Shown piece by piece: positions 12,881-25,099 of a DNA stretch of 49,789 nt (position 1 is its first letter; each line of letters begins with the position of its first letter). The stretch is from Atractiella rhizophila (Eukaryota). The translations under genes and the position numbers were made by a program. Location of the stretch: the NCBI GenBank assembly GCA_021432655.1, contig MU271386.1, forward strand, positions 1-49,789, given 5' to 3'. The notes beneath the pieces are model-generated. The model saw only the letters and a program-made list of their open reading frames with translations. It ran no database searches and was not told the origin of the DNA.

Positions 12881-14283
12881 TTAAATAAGCCCTTTCAACA
12901 CGTCCTCCTTCGGCCACTTGAGCTGAGGCCCGACCTGCTGAACGCACATGCCACCACATCTATGTCCCAACTCAATGCACTCGTCAACGCCCAGACCCCT
13001 AACCAAACCACCCATGAACCCAGCAGCGAAGGCGTCTCCTGCTCCGTTCGTGTCGACGATGGAATCGGAAGCGAGAGAGGTAACGGCATAAGATTTATGA
13101 GGATGAGGGTGCGAGGAGAGTTCGGGCTGAGCGACCATGGAGGGAGACGAGACGAAGGTGTTTTCAGGTCCCTGAGTGATTATGACAAGTCGCGGACGGG
13201 TGTTGTTCGCTTTAGGGAGGTGAGCAAGCTTGTTCGAGATCACACCAAGGTCTTTCGTCTTGTCATCCAACGAAGTCAGTTGGCTGTCTTCAGGATCCGG
13301 AGTAAAGAGAAAACACACGTTCCAGCCAGCCGCTGCGGCGTAATGCTCAGCTTCAGTCTCGTTCCCAATAAGAATGTCGACGTAGGGCATAATTTCGTCA
13401 ACTTGGGATTTGAAAAATTGGGGAATGAAAGGGGCGGAAAGATTCATTGCGAACATCTAAGATCCAAAGCCACCATCAGAAGTCCGATTCCAGCAAGGAG
13501 ACCCGTAAAACGTACCTGACTACTTTCCGCTGTTCGCTTAGCGACTAGCTTCGCGCTCTCTAAACCGTGAGTAAGGAAGTATCCCTCCATGTAGAAATAC
13601 TTGGCGCCATCAAGGAGAGCCTTGATTTCGGGCTTCTCGAAGTGCGAAGGTTTGAAGCTCTCTGCTGCTCCCAGACGCGTAACAAGCGACCTTGCGGAGC
13701 AACGGCCAACTCTCAGTCCCCTCTTTACTCAGAGATGAGGAAACATACCGATGATGACCCGTGATAATGACGGCACAAGCTCCCGTGGGCGCGTCTTCAG
13801 CGAACATATAGGCGCTCTTCAGACCTTCACGCTTGTTTGCCTCCTCAAGCTTCGACGCGAATTCATCCTTCCCAACACAGCCGATAAAGGCAGTCGATCC
13901 TTCAGGCAGAACATACTGAGAGTTTTCAATCAGCCTTTCTTAATAGAGAATGGTAATCGAAGACATACCTGCGCCATTCGGCAGGCGTTCTGAGCTGCTC
14001 CGCCTGCTACATAGGCGGTCTCGTACTCCTTCTCGATGTGATCATAACTGCAGAGCAGCAACGTCAGAGTGACCGCGAACGGCGGGAGTAAGGCATCCTA
14101 CATCGAAGCCTGCTTCTCATCTACAAGTATGGCATCGTTGGCCTTTAGGTTATACTTCTCGAGGACTGCTTCTCCGTTTCTGACCTGAATGTCTACCGCT
14201 TCCCGATCAGCACGCTTCGCATATTACGGCGCAGACGCACCAAGGAGAGGGTTGCCAAGGCCAACGAGAGCTGGAGAGGACAT
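12881..14283 (-). CDS. ADO1: Adenosine kinase (PfkB family), multi-exon
   Basis: MSSPALVGLGNPLL-DIQV..LEKYNLKANDAIL, AGGAAQN, APTGACAVIITGHHR, NLSAPFIPQFF, GNETEA, DTNGAGDAFAAGF. Confidence 0.95.
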
Positions 14284-14823
14284 TCTAGAGCGATCCAAAT
14301 CGTAAAATTAAGAGATCCCAGAACGAGTGGTCGAATTTTTGTCTCCAAATCGATCGTGAGTTCTGGTTCGGAGCCGTAAGGAACGAGATTTAACTTCGGA
14401 GTATTAATGCTGGATTAATGTTCAAAAGAAAATGCATTTAAGAACCGAAGGAACAATAGATGGCGTTCTGTGGATTCTCTCCTCGCGATTGGGATTGCAC
14501 GACACTTTATGTACTATGTCATAGCGTAAATACTAGAACGAAGGTGAACCAACACTTGATTTAGTTGGTTTGAGCTAAAATGAGCTACCGCAGAAGAATC
14601 GAGAATCCAAGGTATGGATTTTTACGATTTAAGCGTCAGAATGAAGCTGCAGGGCCACGCTCACTGCAAAGCCACCATGGTAACTCAATTCCCCAGTTGA
14701 AACTAAAACATTCCGTTTAATCATTGACAACATATACAAAGAAGGCTACATGGTTATCTAAAATACTGAACGTACAGAAGCTCACCACCTCTGCAACACA
14801 CGAAAGTGAACTCAAGTAACACA

Positions 14824-17185
14824 CTAGCAGTCCTCTTCAGCAAGCATCTCCATGACGGCGAGATAAAACGATATTCTATCCCAGAGTTGGTCACCAAACC
14901 GTCTGCAGCATAGTGGAACGACGAACGGTTTGTAACCAGTCTTTTTTCCCGTCCATTCTGCTAACGCATATTTCACCCTATCCACCCATCCGATCAAATC
15001 CAGGTGATTTACGCCATGCAGTGTCCCTTTGTAAGATCCCCACTTGGCAGACTCGACAGACACAAGACCGTCATTTGGGCCTTCCTGCTCATATACCTAA
15101 ATTCTCGATTAGCTACACCCCAAATGTGCCCAACTAAAGATTACAATGCCCCATGGAATCCGGAAGGGACTGCTCCAACCTGCTGTGAATTCGGCTCCAT
15201 AGGAATAGTACTTCACGCCTGGCATATCCGGCGTCTCGACGTTGAACCGAGCCATTCGAGAAGTGGTCAGAGCCTCGAAAGCCGCACCGCCGCCCTCACC
15301 ACCGAATGTCTTCATTACGATATAAAGGTCTGGAAAGAAGAGGGTTTAGGTGGTGCAGGAACCTGACCACCATCGATAGCCTCATTGCTTGTAAGATCCA
15401 CCGTTATAGGTCTTCCCCTTTCTCTTTCCGCGAAGTCATTTCTTACTCTTCTCGGAATCGCGAGTTGTCAACTTCTTTGAACGCGTTACCTCCTGGTTTC
15501 GCTTCCCATTTTCTCTTCCTGTAACTACTATTTGGTTGGTAGGGGTTATTTGCACCTCTCGCCCACAGGGTATGAAGGTAGCGACGGAGAACGTAGGGTG
15601 GTTAGGAGAGTTAGAAGGAGGAGAGTGAGAGCTAGGCCTGGTGGATGGGAAAGTAGGAGAGCCAGCGCACCCTGCTACCTTAGCCTCGACAGGGAACGGG
15701 TTCCGCTTCTGTTGCGATCAAGTACCCAGATGTCGCACCTCTCTCGATGTGGATGGGTCGGATGTTATGTAAGACGACTTCACGCTTCTTCGCGTTCGTG
15801 CTTCTCAGCGCGGAGATATCTGACCTTGACCTTCGGTGGCTTAGAGAGACAAGGGTGGAGACTCGCTCACCTTCGGAGGGAAGTTACGCGGCTGTGACGG
15901 TCGCTACTTAACCCTTCAAGGTTTCCAGCTGTAAAGGATAGAGTTGTGGTGCTACTTATTGGAGTTAAAGTACTGTGAATAACGTCCCTTCGTTTGCAGT
16001 GGCCGACTCCTTCGTGTCCTACATTGTCATTTCCTCCTTCCTAGCCTTCTCCTCCTCGCTGGGCAGTGAGCCGCCTCCTCTTGTAGAAGCTTAGGTGAAG
16101 GAAAGTGTGGAAGTCTTCGGTACCTCGCTCCTATAAACCTCCGTCTACTCTACCTACTTGTCGACCTCCACCTAGGGCTGAAACTCAAGGTCGCTCATGC
16201 TGTGTTGAGTAACTTTTCTTGAAGTTGTCGCGGTGAAGGGGTGCACCTCGCAGGGTTTAGTCGAGGAGAGAGCAGGGGGGTAAAGAAGGACAGGATGGGG
16301 GTAGAAGTAGGCGCCGTTTCTTTCGTGAACGCTTATGGGTTGTCTTTGGACCTAAAAAACGGTTGAAAAAGAGATGATCAAGCTTATCACCACCTCACTT
16401 TCTCTCGTGTTTCTTCCCATACTACCTCCTACTTCTACAGCTCTCCCTCGCTTCTGATAATCTTCTTGTCCTATTTGAAATACCCTGAAACTTCCTCTAA
16501 ATATTCTGTGGATTTCTAGGACACCAGAAGCGAGTACCAGATAAACCAAAACTAGTAGAACCAGGGCGACCTTAAGGGCCGAACGTCCAGAGTATGACCT
16601 CTCCGTATCCTCTTCGCAACCTCCTCTCTCCTACGCTCCAGAACTAACGGTTTCAGGGTTGGAGAGTGTCACGCAGTCAAGAACGATCCCATAGTGAAGT
16701 TAGCTGCACACTGATCCGTAACTCTGCGCGCGGTTTCGGGACACGCTCTACTAGCTTGTCTTTAAAGGTCCAGCTCTCCACTTATAGCATCCCGTGAGCT
16801 ACCAGACACTAGACAGCGAGGCATAGGTTCGAAGCAGATTGAAGCCTAAATCCCACCTGAACTAAGGGCAATGGAGTAGTGCGTAGAAGCTGGTTGATTC
16901 AAATTTCAGTTCAGCGACACGTGGTAGCGATCAGGGGTGGCGCCCTCGTGTAAACGACTGATAAAGTAACTCCTTTACTAACCGGCACGCAGACAGGAAA
17001 CATAGTATGAAGCTGACAATGACTCTTGACACCGAAGTGTCCTCTATTGTAACCGAGAAAGGAGAGGCAANNNNNGGTGGTGGAGTGGGCAGAGATGATG
17101 TGGATGCGAAAGATGTCGTCCGTGTGGAAATGGTGGCTTTGGGTCGTGGTCCTTTGGTACTACTTGAATGTGTTGACGATGACAT
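14824..17185 (-). CDS. TGL2-like alpha/beta-hydrolase triacylglycerol lipase; middle 1755 bp string-reversed in this assembly
   Basis: Normal minus strand gives the C-terminus (GPNDGLVSVESAKWG, VNHLDLIGW) and probable N-terminus (MSSSTHSS.., 17185). The complement of 15316-17070 read left-to-right gives PVVFAHGLFGFD, SYWRGI, VNIVGHSM|GGLDSRY, SPHRGS and ends ..FLSV, joining in frame to MKTFGG at 15315. Confidence 0.9.
15316..17070. other. String-reversed (mirror, non-complemented) segment adjacent to a 5-N gap; probable assembly artefact
   Basis: Only the non-biological reading (complement, left-to-right) yields lipase motifs and GT-AG introns; exact in-frame junction after un-reversing. Confidence 0.95.
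17071..17075. other. Assembly gap (5 N)
   Basis: N run. Confidence 1.
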
Positions 17186-18001
17186 AATGCTAATTCTAGT
17201 GAAAGACTTGTCAGTATAGACCCCGTTCGACGTTCAAAGGAGAAAGGTTGGCACGAGGGTCAGCATTCGATGCAAGTTGCCTCTGTTGAACAAATTACAC
17301 GTTTTGACGAAGAATCTTGTACAAGCATAGATGATACATAAGGACGTGCACCACGCAAGATGCAAACCAGATCAAATTCGGGGACATGGCGAGAATAAGT
17401 CCTCCAGCTCAGGATATCATAACGAATGACTCTGATGGCAACTCATGGGACATCGTCATCCAACACTTCCCAATACCCGGTATGTGGGGTTACGCACGGT
17501 GTGTTCTTTGTATATCTATGAAAATTGTGGCGCGTTCTCATCTCCTTCAACTTGACTCCCACCTAGACCCTGAACTGTAGCTGCGTCTCTATTCTGCTAT
17601 TCCTTGCAACTGCTCTGCAATGACAAAAGTTGAAAAAAGTGTAAATGATCGAGCTGATGTCAACTTTGCCATCGAAGGAGAAAGATACTGTAAGTTGAAG
17701 CCGTCGATGACGCAAATAGCACCCAGTGGCTGCTGCGGAATAACAAAGGCAGCTCTCAATCACTAAACCAGCATTGTGGGCCTCCAAAAAAACCGCAGCA
17801 ACCCAATGACAGCTCGGGATCAAATCGGCACTGAACAAGATACATCGCGCTGTGGACTTGGCCTAACATGATCTCGCTTCATTACTGACTAGAGTGCCGC
17901 GAACAAATGTGAGCTTCGCGCTACAAAATAGCATTGCTGCAGAAATCATACATCTTTCATACATCAAACCTGAACATTATTTATTGAAGATAAGAAATCA
18001 T

Positions 18002-19312
18002 TTAATCACTATCGGAACTGGAAGAACTAGTAACTTCTTCGCCCCTCTTCGACCTTTCTTCCCTTTGTCTCCTCCTTTCCTCTCGCTGGCTTCTCCTAAA
18101 CCTCTTTTCTGCTCTCCTGGCCTCTCTCTCCTGCCTTCTCGCTTCCCTCTCAGCATCTCGCACATGATGATGATGGTCATGCCTGTGTCCATGCGCATGA
18201 GAACGACCGAAACTGCCAGGCCCATGATCCGCTCGACCGCCATTTGTAAAATTGAAGCTATGTCGCCTATGAGGGAAGTTATCCTGGGGAGAAGCGAAGA
18301 ATCCTGGCATATGCGGCATCCCTGGCATAGGCGGCATGGGTGGCATGGGTGGCATGGGTGGTGTAGGTGGCATAGGAGGGGAAAATGCAGGGAATGCCCT
18401 CGGTGCGCGATGACGGTGAGTGGAATTTTCGAAACCATTCGTCGAGAAGTGCGGGAACGGGGGGAAGGGTGGGAAGGGTGGTGGAGCGGGATGAGAATGC
18501 CTCTCTCCTCTCCTTCCCCTCCTTCCTTCTCTGCGATGTGATCTAGCTTGAGGGAGCGGCGCATCTTCCGGATCACCGATGTCGACGTTGACCTGCATGT
18601 TCGGATGTTTGGCACCCACGATGTTGTCCACGAAATCCGCCCAACCGAACCTATCGAGATACCCTTCCACGGTAGAAGCCATCTCCTCCTTCCCGCCTTT
18701 CAGACCGATGTTCTCTCCAACCTGCTTGAACGCTGGGTTGCCAAGAACCTCCTCCAAGATACTCCTCAAAGCCTTCCTTCCGCCATTGTTACTTCCACTA
18801 GGCGTCGCCGTTCCATCACGAGAGTGGACGGAAGGAGAAGATGGTGCGCGAGATTTCCCCTTATCTTCTCTTGTGGAAGCAGGAGTAACAGAGTCGTCAT
18901 CCATGACCCAATCTCCCATCACAGATGCGGGAAGCGAAGCAGGCGGCGCGATAGGGAGGAGAGCGAAGAACGGCTCCAGTCGCGATGTCTGTGAAGACGA
19001 CGACGTTAAACTTAGCTGGCTTCGGGAAAGGTACGAGGTCGTTGAGTTCCTGAGTCGACGAGCTGTTATTATAGAAGTGATTGTCAATATCGTCTTTCGC
19101 CACATACGAGGAAATAACGGTGGAGGGGAGTACGCACATCGTGATTTCGTCTCCATCCTCATCGACGTAGCTCAGCCCGATCTTCTTCGTGTCTTCGATC
19201 CCAAACCTCTCCTTGACCGCATTCTCGATCGCCTCCCACTTCATGCCTCCTTCAGTGGGAACCACCACTTTCCTAACAATTTCTCCTAGTGTGAGCTTAA
19301 AACTTGAGACAT
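18002..19312 (-). CDS. PB1-domain protein with Pro/Met-rich repeats and His/Arg-rich tail
   Basis: FKLTLGEIVRKV...LSYVDEDGDEITI|SSTQELNDL (OPCA motif of PB1); PPMPPTPPMPPMPPMP; nearest ATG (19312) is one base out of frame. Confidence 0.75.
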
Positions 19313-20686
19313 CTTGGTGCTGATCGTTCGTTTTGCTCGTTCGAGTGGCAAGACCAAGACGTCAAAGCAACCCTTATAAAGGCAGGAGAATGGGAGCAAG
19401 AGTCATGCCTGCGGTGACTGCGTGCCAGCTGCGGAGTGACTTGGTGGCGGGAGCTCTGAAATCTGGAAAAATCCCTGGAAATCACTGCATATGCAAGACA
19501 GTGCCTCTCGAAGAGGCAGACCACGTCAGGGTATCAGGGTACTGAACGTGACTGAACAGGCAGCTTGCGACTCGACTGCTACGCATGAGGCAGCGGTGAA
19601 AAGATGAAGTACCTTCCCGAGAAAGTGAAATAGTGGATGATGTCCATCATTGTGGTTCAGAGCACAGTAATGTCATGGCCGTCATGGGCAGGATAGAAAC
19701 GATCAGTTGCACAAACTGGAAAGCATCAAACCCAAAGAAGGCGGAACCACGAGAGGTAGCAGTCCTCAATGGCGAGATGAAGCAGTCTTACCATTCGCGG
19801 ACGCTGCTGAGGTGGCCATGCGAATCTCGCGAGGCTCACAAAGTTCAGGTTTCCTATCCATCAAGAAAGACCAGACGAGCAGCAAGGACTCCCAACTAAG
19901 TTCATCTTTGAGCATCTTGAGATTAGACGTTGGCACTCTCAAAGCAGTCAGACATTGTAGGTCAGAAGTAAATGGCCTCAGAACTCTCGATTCGTCGCTC
20001 CAAAGCTTTGGAGGCACGCCTAAGGGGGCTCGTTTCAATTAGTGCATATTGATGGACGGAGCTGCATTTTGCTTTCGCTTCGTGGATATCGCAGAAACTA
20101 TTCATATTAAAAATATTGACGTTCACAGAATTGAGGTGATGGCAAACATTACAACAGCATTTAAGCAGAAGCAGAAAACAGATACAAACGTTATAGCAGC
20201 CTTTTCTTCCTTTCTGCCTTTTTCAATTGCATCTAGGATATAGAAGCAAAGGAAAGAGACCTTATAGGAACCGCTCAATTCAAGGCTCGACTTTACCCTG
20301 CAATGGCGCAAAGCAAGACAAGAACATACCTTTTTTAGCTCTATTCCGCTAACATTGGTGCCGCCTCACATCTATGTCTTTACCTTTACTCTGCCATATG
20401 CTCGATGAAAACACCTAGCTGTGTTATCTAATACCTAGTATCGGACAGGTCTCATCACACTCAAGGAGAGTTCTGTTGTCTGTTGCTTCTGTGGTTCCTG
20501 TTCTGCTACACCATTCCGCCACACCAGCCCAAACCCCTCAGCCAAATCTGTCCCCCCAAAAGATTACAACAACGAATGTGTGAACGTTGTGCAAAGCTCA
20601 CTGTAAGTCTCGAAATACCGTATTGCTGTGTCATTGTTTTGATCGCTTCTTGGGACATGCAGCACATTAAGGAATCTTTGCAGACC

Positions 20687-22147
20687 ATGTCCATAAATGA
20701 AGACCACTTTCTTTTCGGCTCTCTTCCTCCTGAACTCCAAGAAGAGATAATCATCCAGACTGCGATGCTCAAAGAAGATTGCAAGGGGACACTACGATCC
20801 CTGAGTCTTTGCGACCGTCGAACCAGAGATCTGTCAATCCGACATCTTTTTGCCGATATTTATCTTTCGAATGAAAAGGCAGGCGATTATCCCCTCGATG
20901 GCGCTTCGCCGCCACAACCTGTTCTGTTGCCGAGCAGCTGTCTCTCGATCCAGCACTTCTATAATGTGAAAACGATCCATATCATTTTGGATGAACCACT
21001 TTGTTTTCAAGAGGCGAAGTTGCGCCTGGAGGCGGGCTGGCGACTCCCTGAGTTTGAACCTTTCGACACTCACATGCATCAATTTCTCTACTTGCGATCT
21101 TGCTTGAGAGAATTGATTACGGCTTGTCCACGTTTGGAGGCGATCGACACCTGTTTCATGGCTGATGTTGATTTAGATCTCGAATTTTCAGAGCCCTACC
21201 ATCGTCTCGTGTGTCATGGTCTGTTTCACATCTTCTATCAGCTCAAACTTTTAAGTAACACGATATATCTCGGATTTCACATCGAACTTGGGGGCTCTCT
21301 GTACTTTGAACAGAATGCGCATCTCCGAATCCACGAGATTCTCGACTATCTAACAATCGAAGACAAAATCAAAGGGATCGGGTATTTTTCTTACAGGATA
21401 TCAGGAGTCACATGGGATTCCATAACATCTCGACCAGCAGTCGAATATCTTGTTATGGCCTGCCTTCCTGCCCGCATTGATCGGCCTGTTTTAGCTCCAA
21501 TTCGTCGATTGGTCATCGATGCCTATGCATCTGATGTTCCCCTGAATGGGGGATACGGATTCAACTGGTGGTATGCCCTTTACTTCCTTCGTGCCTGTGC
21601 TCCTACGCTTCAGGATGTGTACATGCGCGAGTGTATTCTGTTTGGCGAAGAAGAGCAGTCTTTACCTCCTCCTCCACAATATCCTGGTCTTAAACGGTTT
21701 TACTTTTCGAACATCATCCATACTTGCTATCGTGAGGTAGAGATGCGGCAGAGACGCCAAAATAACTTGATGCGCCAATTACAAGCCGTCCTGCACGAGT
21801 TTGGTACTTGTCCTGTCGAAACCCTTGGATTTTCAGTGAACTATTCGCAACTAGCATTGATTCAGTTGCCCGAGTCAGAAGCACCCACCGAACTCTCAGA
21901 CTCTCTGGTGGCTCAATTTGGAGGTTTGAATATGCCTGAAGTCACACACATTTGTGAGCGCGATGTTGCCTGCATTGTGCATTTTATTACGAAACAAAAG
22001 AGAAAAGGGATGCTAGCTCAACTACGGCATGTTGAATTTGGAGAGTCAATTTTTTCTGCATTAAGGGGATCCCCAACGGCTACAAATTACAAGCTAGAGC
22101 TAGAGAAGATAGGTGTTGACTGGAGATGTCGAACTGAAAACTGGTGA
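20687..22147 (+). CDS. F-box-like protein (cassette 1), single coding exon
   Basis: N-terminal FLFGSLPPELQEEIII..LRSLSLCDRRTRDLSIRHLF F-box pattern; long uninterrupted ORF; probable 5'UTR intron 20603-20683 (GTAAGT..TTTGCAG) just before ATG. Confidence 0.8.
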   Translation: MSINEDHFLFGSLPPELQEEIIIQTAMLKEDCKGTLRSLSLCDRRTRDLSIRHLFADIYLSNEKAGDYPLDGASPPQPVLLPSSCLSIQHFYNVKTIHIILDEPLCFQEAKLRLEAGWRLPEFEPFDTHMHQFLYLRSCLRELITACPRLEAIDTCFMADVDLDLEFSEPYHRLVCHGLFHIFYQLKLLSNTIYLGFHIELGGSLYFEQNAHLRIHEILDYLTIEDKIKGIGYFSYRISGVTWDSITSRPAVEYLVMACLPARIDRPVLAPIRRLVIDAYASDVPLNGGYGFNWWYALYFLRACAPTLQDVYMRECILFGEEEQSLPPPPQYPGLKRFYFSNIIHTCYREVEMRQRRQNNLMRQLQAVLHEFGTCPVETLGFSVNYSQLALIQLPESEAPTELSDSLVAQFGGLNMPEVTHICERDVACIVHFITKQKRKGMLAQLRHVEFGESIFSALRGSPTATNYKLELEKIGVDWRCRTENW

Positions 22148-22223
22148 GATGGTGTTTCATGGCCAAAAGTACATATTGGAGGTCGGGAGGACTTTCAATC
22201 TTATTAATATTATTGGTGTAGAG

Positions 22224-22299
22224 CAACAGAACAGAACTAAAGTACATTGTCACTGATACACGTCACAACAGAACAAAATTGAGGTACATTGTCACAGAT
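22224..22299. repeat. Imperfect tandem repeat, period 42 bp, between the convergent genes
   Basis: CAACAGAACAGAACTAAAGTACATTGTCACTGAT / CAACAGAACAAAATTGAGGTACATTGTCACAGAT. Confidence 0.8.
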
Positions 22300-22392
22300 C
22301 GTTATCGTTGTCGTTGCCGTAAAGTAACCAGTATGAGTCAACTAAATTGTCAAGGAATCAGACTGGATCACACGACCGCTGTTCTGAACTAG

Positions 22393-22906
22393 TCATCTTC
22401 CAGAAGTGTTTCCATGCCGAGAGCCCTGACCACCATTGCTGTTCCCATTCTGAGAACCTTGGCCCCTGCCCGTTCCGTTCTGTGTAGTAGTGTTGGTGCC
22501 ATTTATGAACGTTCTGCCAGTAGTAGAAGCGGTGGTGTACGCGTTCGTGGTGTAGCCGTTTGCAGCTCCGTAATTGTTAGGTTGACCGTTGACGCCGTTG
22601 GTGCCCGCGTAAGCATTCCTGTGATACAAAATCAAAGTCAGGCATAGAAGTAATCAGAACATACTGGACCATCCCATTGGTACCACCATTGTAACCATAA
22701 GTGCCCCAATCTAAAACAGGAGGGGACCCCGGCGTGACACCCATAGGTGGTCGAAACATGGAAATTGTATTGTTACTAGAAGAGGGGTGAACGGGTGCCC
22801 ACGCAGGGACAGTCGGAGCAAGGGGTGCACGAGGCTCATTATGCCCAGGGCAGTAGCCACTCGTGCGTGCGTTGCTCATGCATCGGCGACAGTCGCGAGC
22901 CAACAT
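22393..22906 (-). CDS. Small protein (~155 aa) with N-terminal C-x2-C-x9-C-x2-H motif and N/G/T-rich low-complexity tail (cassette 1)
   Basis: Exons 22665-22906 and 22393-22618 joined by 46-bp GTATGT..CACAG intron in frame: MLARDCRRCMSNARTSGYCPGH...MVQNAYAGTNGVNGQPNNYG... Confidence 0.65.
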
Positions 22907-23143
22907 GATGTCACTATTTGATAGTAGGTAATGTTACGGTGTATATGGGTGATGTGGTGGAGGTTCAGTGCTTGGAGGAGGGGATTTGAGGAATTGTTGC
23001 GGCTTTTATCTGCGGCCAGGAACGCAGTCATAGCTGGAGAACCATCTGCTCAATAACTAGGAGAATGTGAGGCAACTCACGAACGCATAGGCAATAGGAA
23101 AGTGTTGACATCTTCCAATAGAAACGGTGAGCAATCGATTGAC

Positions 23144-23490
23144 AATGACTTGTTGTTCGACATCACGACAGGCGGGAAAGAAAAGGCGCGACGCTTCTCT
23201 CAACAAACTCAACGTCTCCAACGGAACCTTGCGCAAGTTTTTGGCTATTCAAACAGAAGGATGTCGCGAGGTGCGGACAGAAAGGAGCAGAGTCTCTCTC
23301 GTTCGTCAATGGAGATGTATTGTTATTTCAAATAGAAGAGGCGAGACCGACATGCCCAATGTAAGTGTATTGAATACTGATTGAGTTGAAATGACTTGCA
23401 CTCCGAACTCGGAAGCGAAAACGGGAGAAGATGTTTCCTGAAGGCACATGACATCATGCGTTGCCCAACTGCTATAGTAGCTTGGAATTA
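23144..23490. promoter_or_regulatory. Conserved non-coding element upstream of small gene 1 (partial extra copy ~23680-23760)
   Basis: Aligns with 36022-36430: AATGACTTGTT..CGACATCACGA.AGGCGGGAAAGAAAAGGCGCGA, TTGTTATTTCAAATAGAA, GAAATGACTTGCACTC..TCGGAAGCGA..CGGGAGAA. Confidence 0.65.
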
Positions 23491-25099
23491 ACTAAAGGCG
23501 GAGAACAATTTGGTCCAATTAGTGACGAGGAGAACGTAAGGCATTGAGAGACGCCATTCACGACGTAAAATGCAGAGAAAAATGACTTATTCGTCCAAAT
23601 CAAGCCTGACGGAAAGAAATACCCTTCAATCAACTAACACTCAGTCAGGTTTTAGTTGATAACCTAAATGATGCATTGTTTGCTATTTCAGATGGGAGGA
23701 GAAGACCCTCAATGAGTCCAATGCTGATTGAAACCAATGACTTGCACTCTCCTTTCGGAGACAAAAGAAACCAGCTCCAGAGCCATCACGCAAGCGAAGG
23801 TTCAAGGGCAACCATTCTTCTTACAATAATCAGCAACCCATCGAGTGAGCGAGTGAGCCTTGTGATCAGTGCTTTAAATTACGCAGTTTCTGAATGAGTT
23901 GCGAATCGCATTGAACCTCCCTGGATCTGGAGCAAGGTGACAGCTTAGGACGAGGCAACAATACGATCAAAGATTGTGGAGATTCCATTTCGAGCCTTGT
24001 CTGCCACTGAACGTACGACCCAAAGGCTTGTAGCTTGTTCAGATTTCTCTCGTTACGGCGGAACAAAGAACCTCTGTGTTCTCAGGAACAACTTGCGAGG
24101 GATTGCACCGTCAACAGCCAGGTTGATTTCGAATTCTGCAAAATTTGGGTAATATTCACAACTTTGAAAAGCAAGGAAGGTGAAAGCACATGTTATAGCT
24201 ACAAAGTTAAGTCTCAGAACCATACAAATACTTCCTTTTTGTTGCCCTCCGCATCGGCAGCCCCTGTGGTGATTCTGAAATGCACCGTAAATGTCAACAG
24301 GAGATGTCGGTATGCTGCAAAGGCGAAACCCGTTATAACAACTGAAGGAATAGTCATGTGACGGTCTCTATTCAATACGGAGTGTTCAATGTGATAAAGC
24401 GGTCTTCCCGATTGATTAGCACGTCTAAAAGTGTCTTATGCATCCCACGAGGCTCAGGCCTTCGAGGTTCCTGTTCAATATGAAAGACCAGATGAGAGAC
24501 AATCACTTCGAGTAAATATGGATCGCAGTCGTTTTGCAAAGACGGTTTGAACAGGTTGCAGATTTGAAGTTAAGCTGGGCAACGGGGAATCATTCAGACT
24601 GTTTGGTGGAGAGAGAAGTTTTTATCGCCCCTGTGCACGGATCTTTTTGGAAACGGTACACATAGACCGGATTGCATTGGATTAGAAAAACGAGATTTCC
24701 GGTCAATTGCAAAACGCACAGCACGCTGCCCAGGTGCACTACTGAATCTTGCAAGACAGTGACAGATAACTACAAGCGTTCACATAACACAGCGCTCAGT
24801 GCATAAGTGTGGCCGTTCACAAGCAGGAAAGTGGCCATGTCAAGCGCCATTCTTTCAACTTTTCAATTCTGGAGCAGCCAGGAAATACCAGGCAGCAAGG
24901 GAATAAGCTCTGCACAGGAATCGTTCGACTCCACCTTCGAAGGAAAGGACAGACCTTTATCTAACATGGGTATTTCATCGAGCTTACCACCACTCGTCTG
25001 CCATGCTCAATAAAGTACACCCAGCTGTGTGAGTTGTCGAGAGACTGTTCGTGGGCACCTTGATTCAGGTTGTGTGGTCGTGGCCGTTCTCCAAGCAAC

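Noticed and set aside
15306..16549. ORF-track calls 15306-15524, 15532-15897 and 16352-16549
   Set aside because: Fall in the reversed segment; the real coding information is the lipase
17894..19289. Long plus-strand ORFs opposite the PB1 gene (and similar shadows at 8963-9787, 12824-13519)
   Set aside because: Antisense shadows of real coding sequence with no independent motifs
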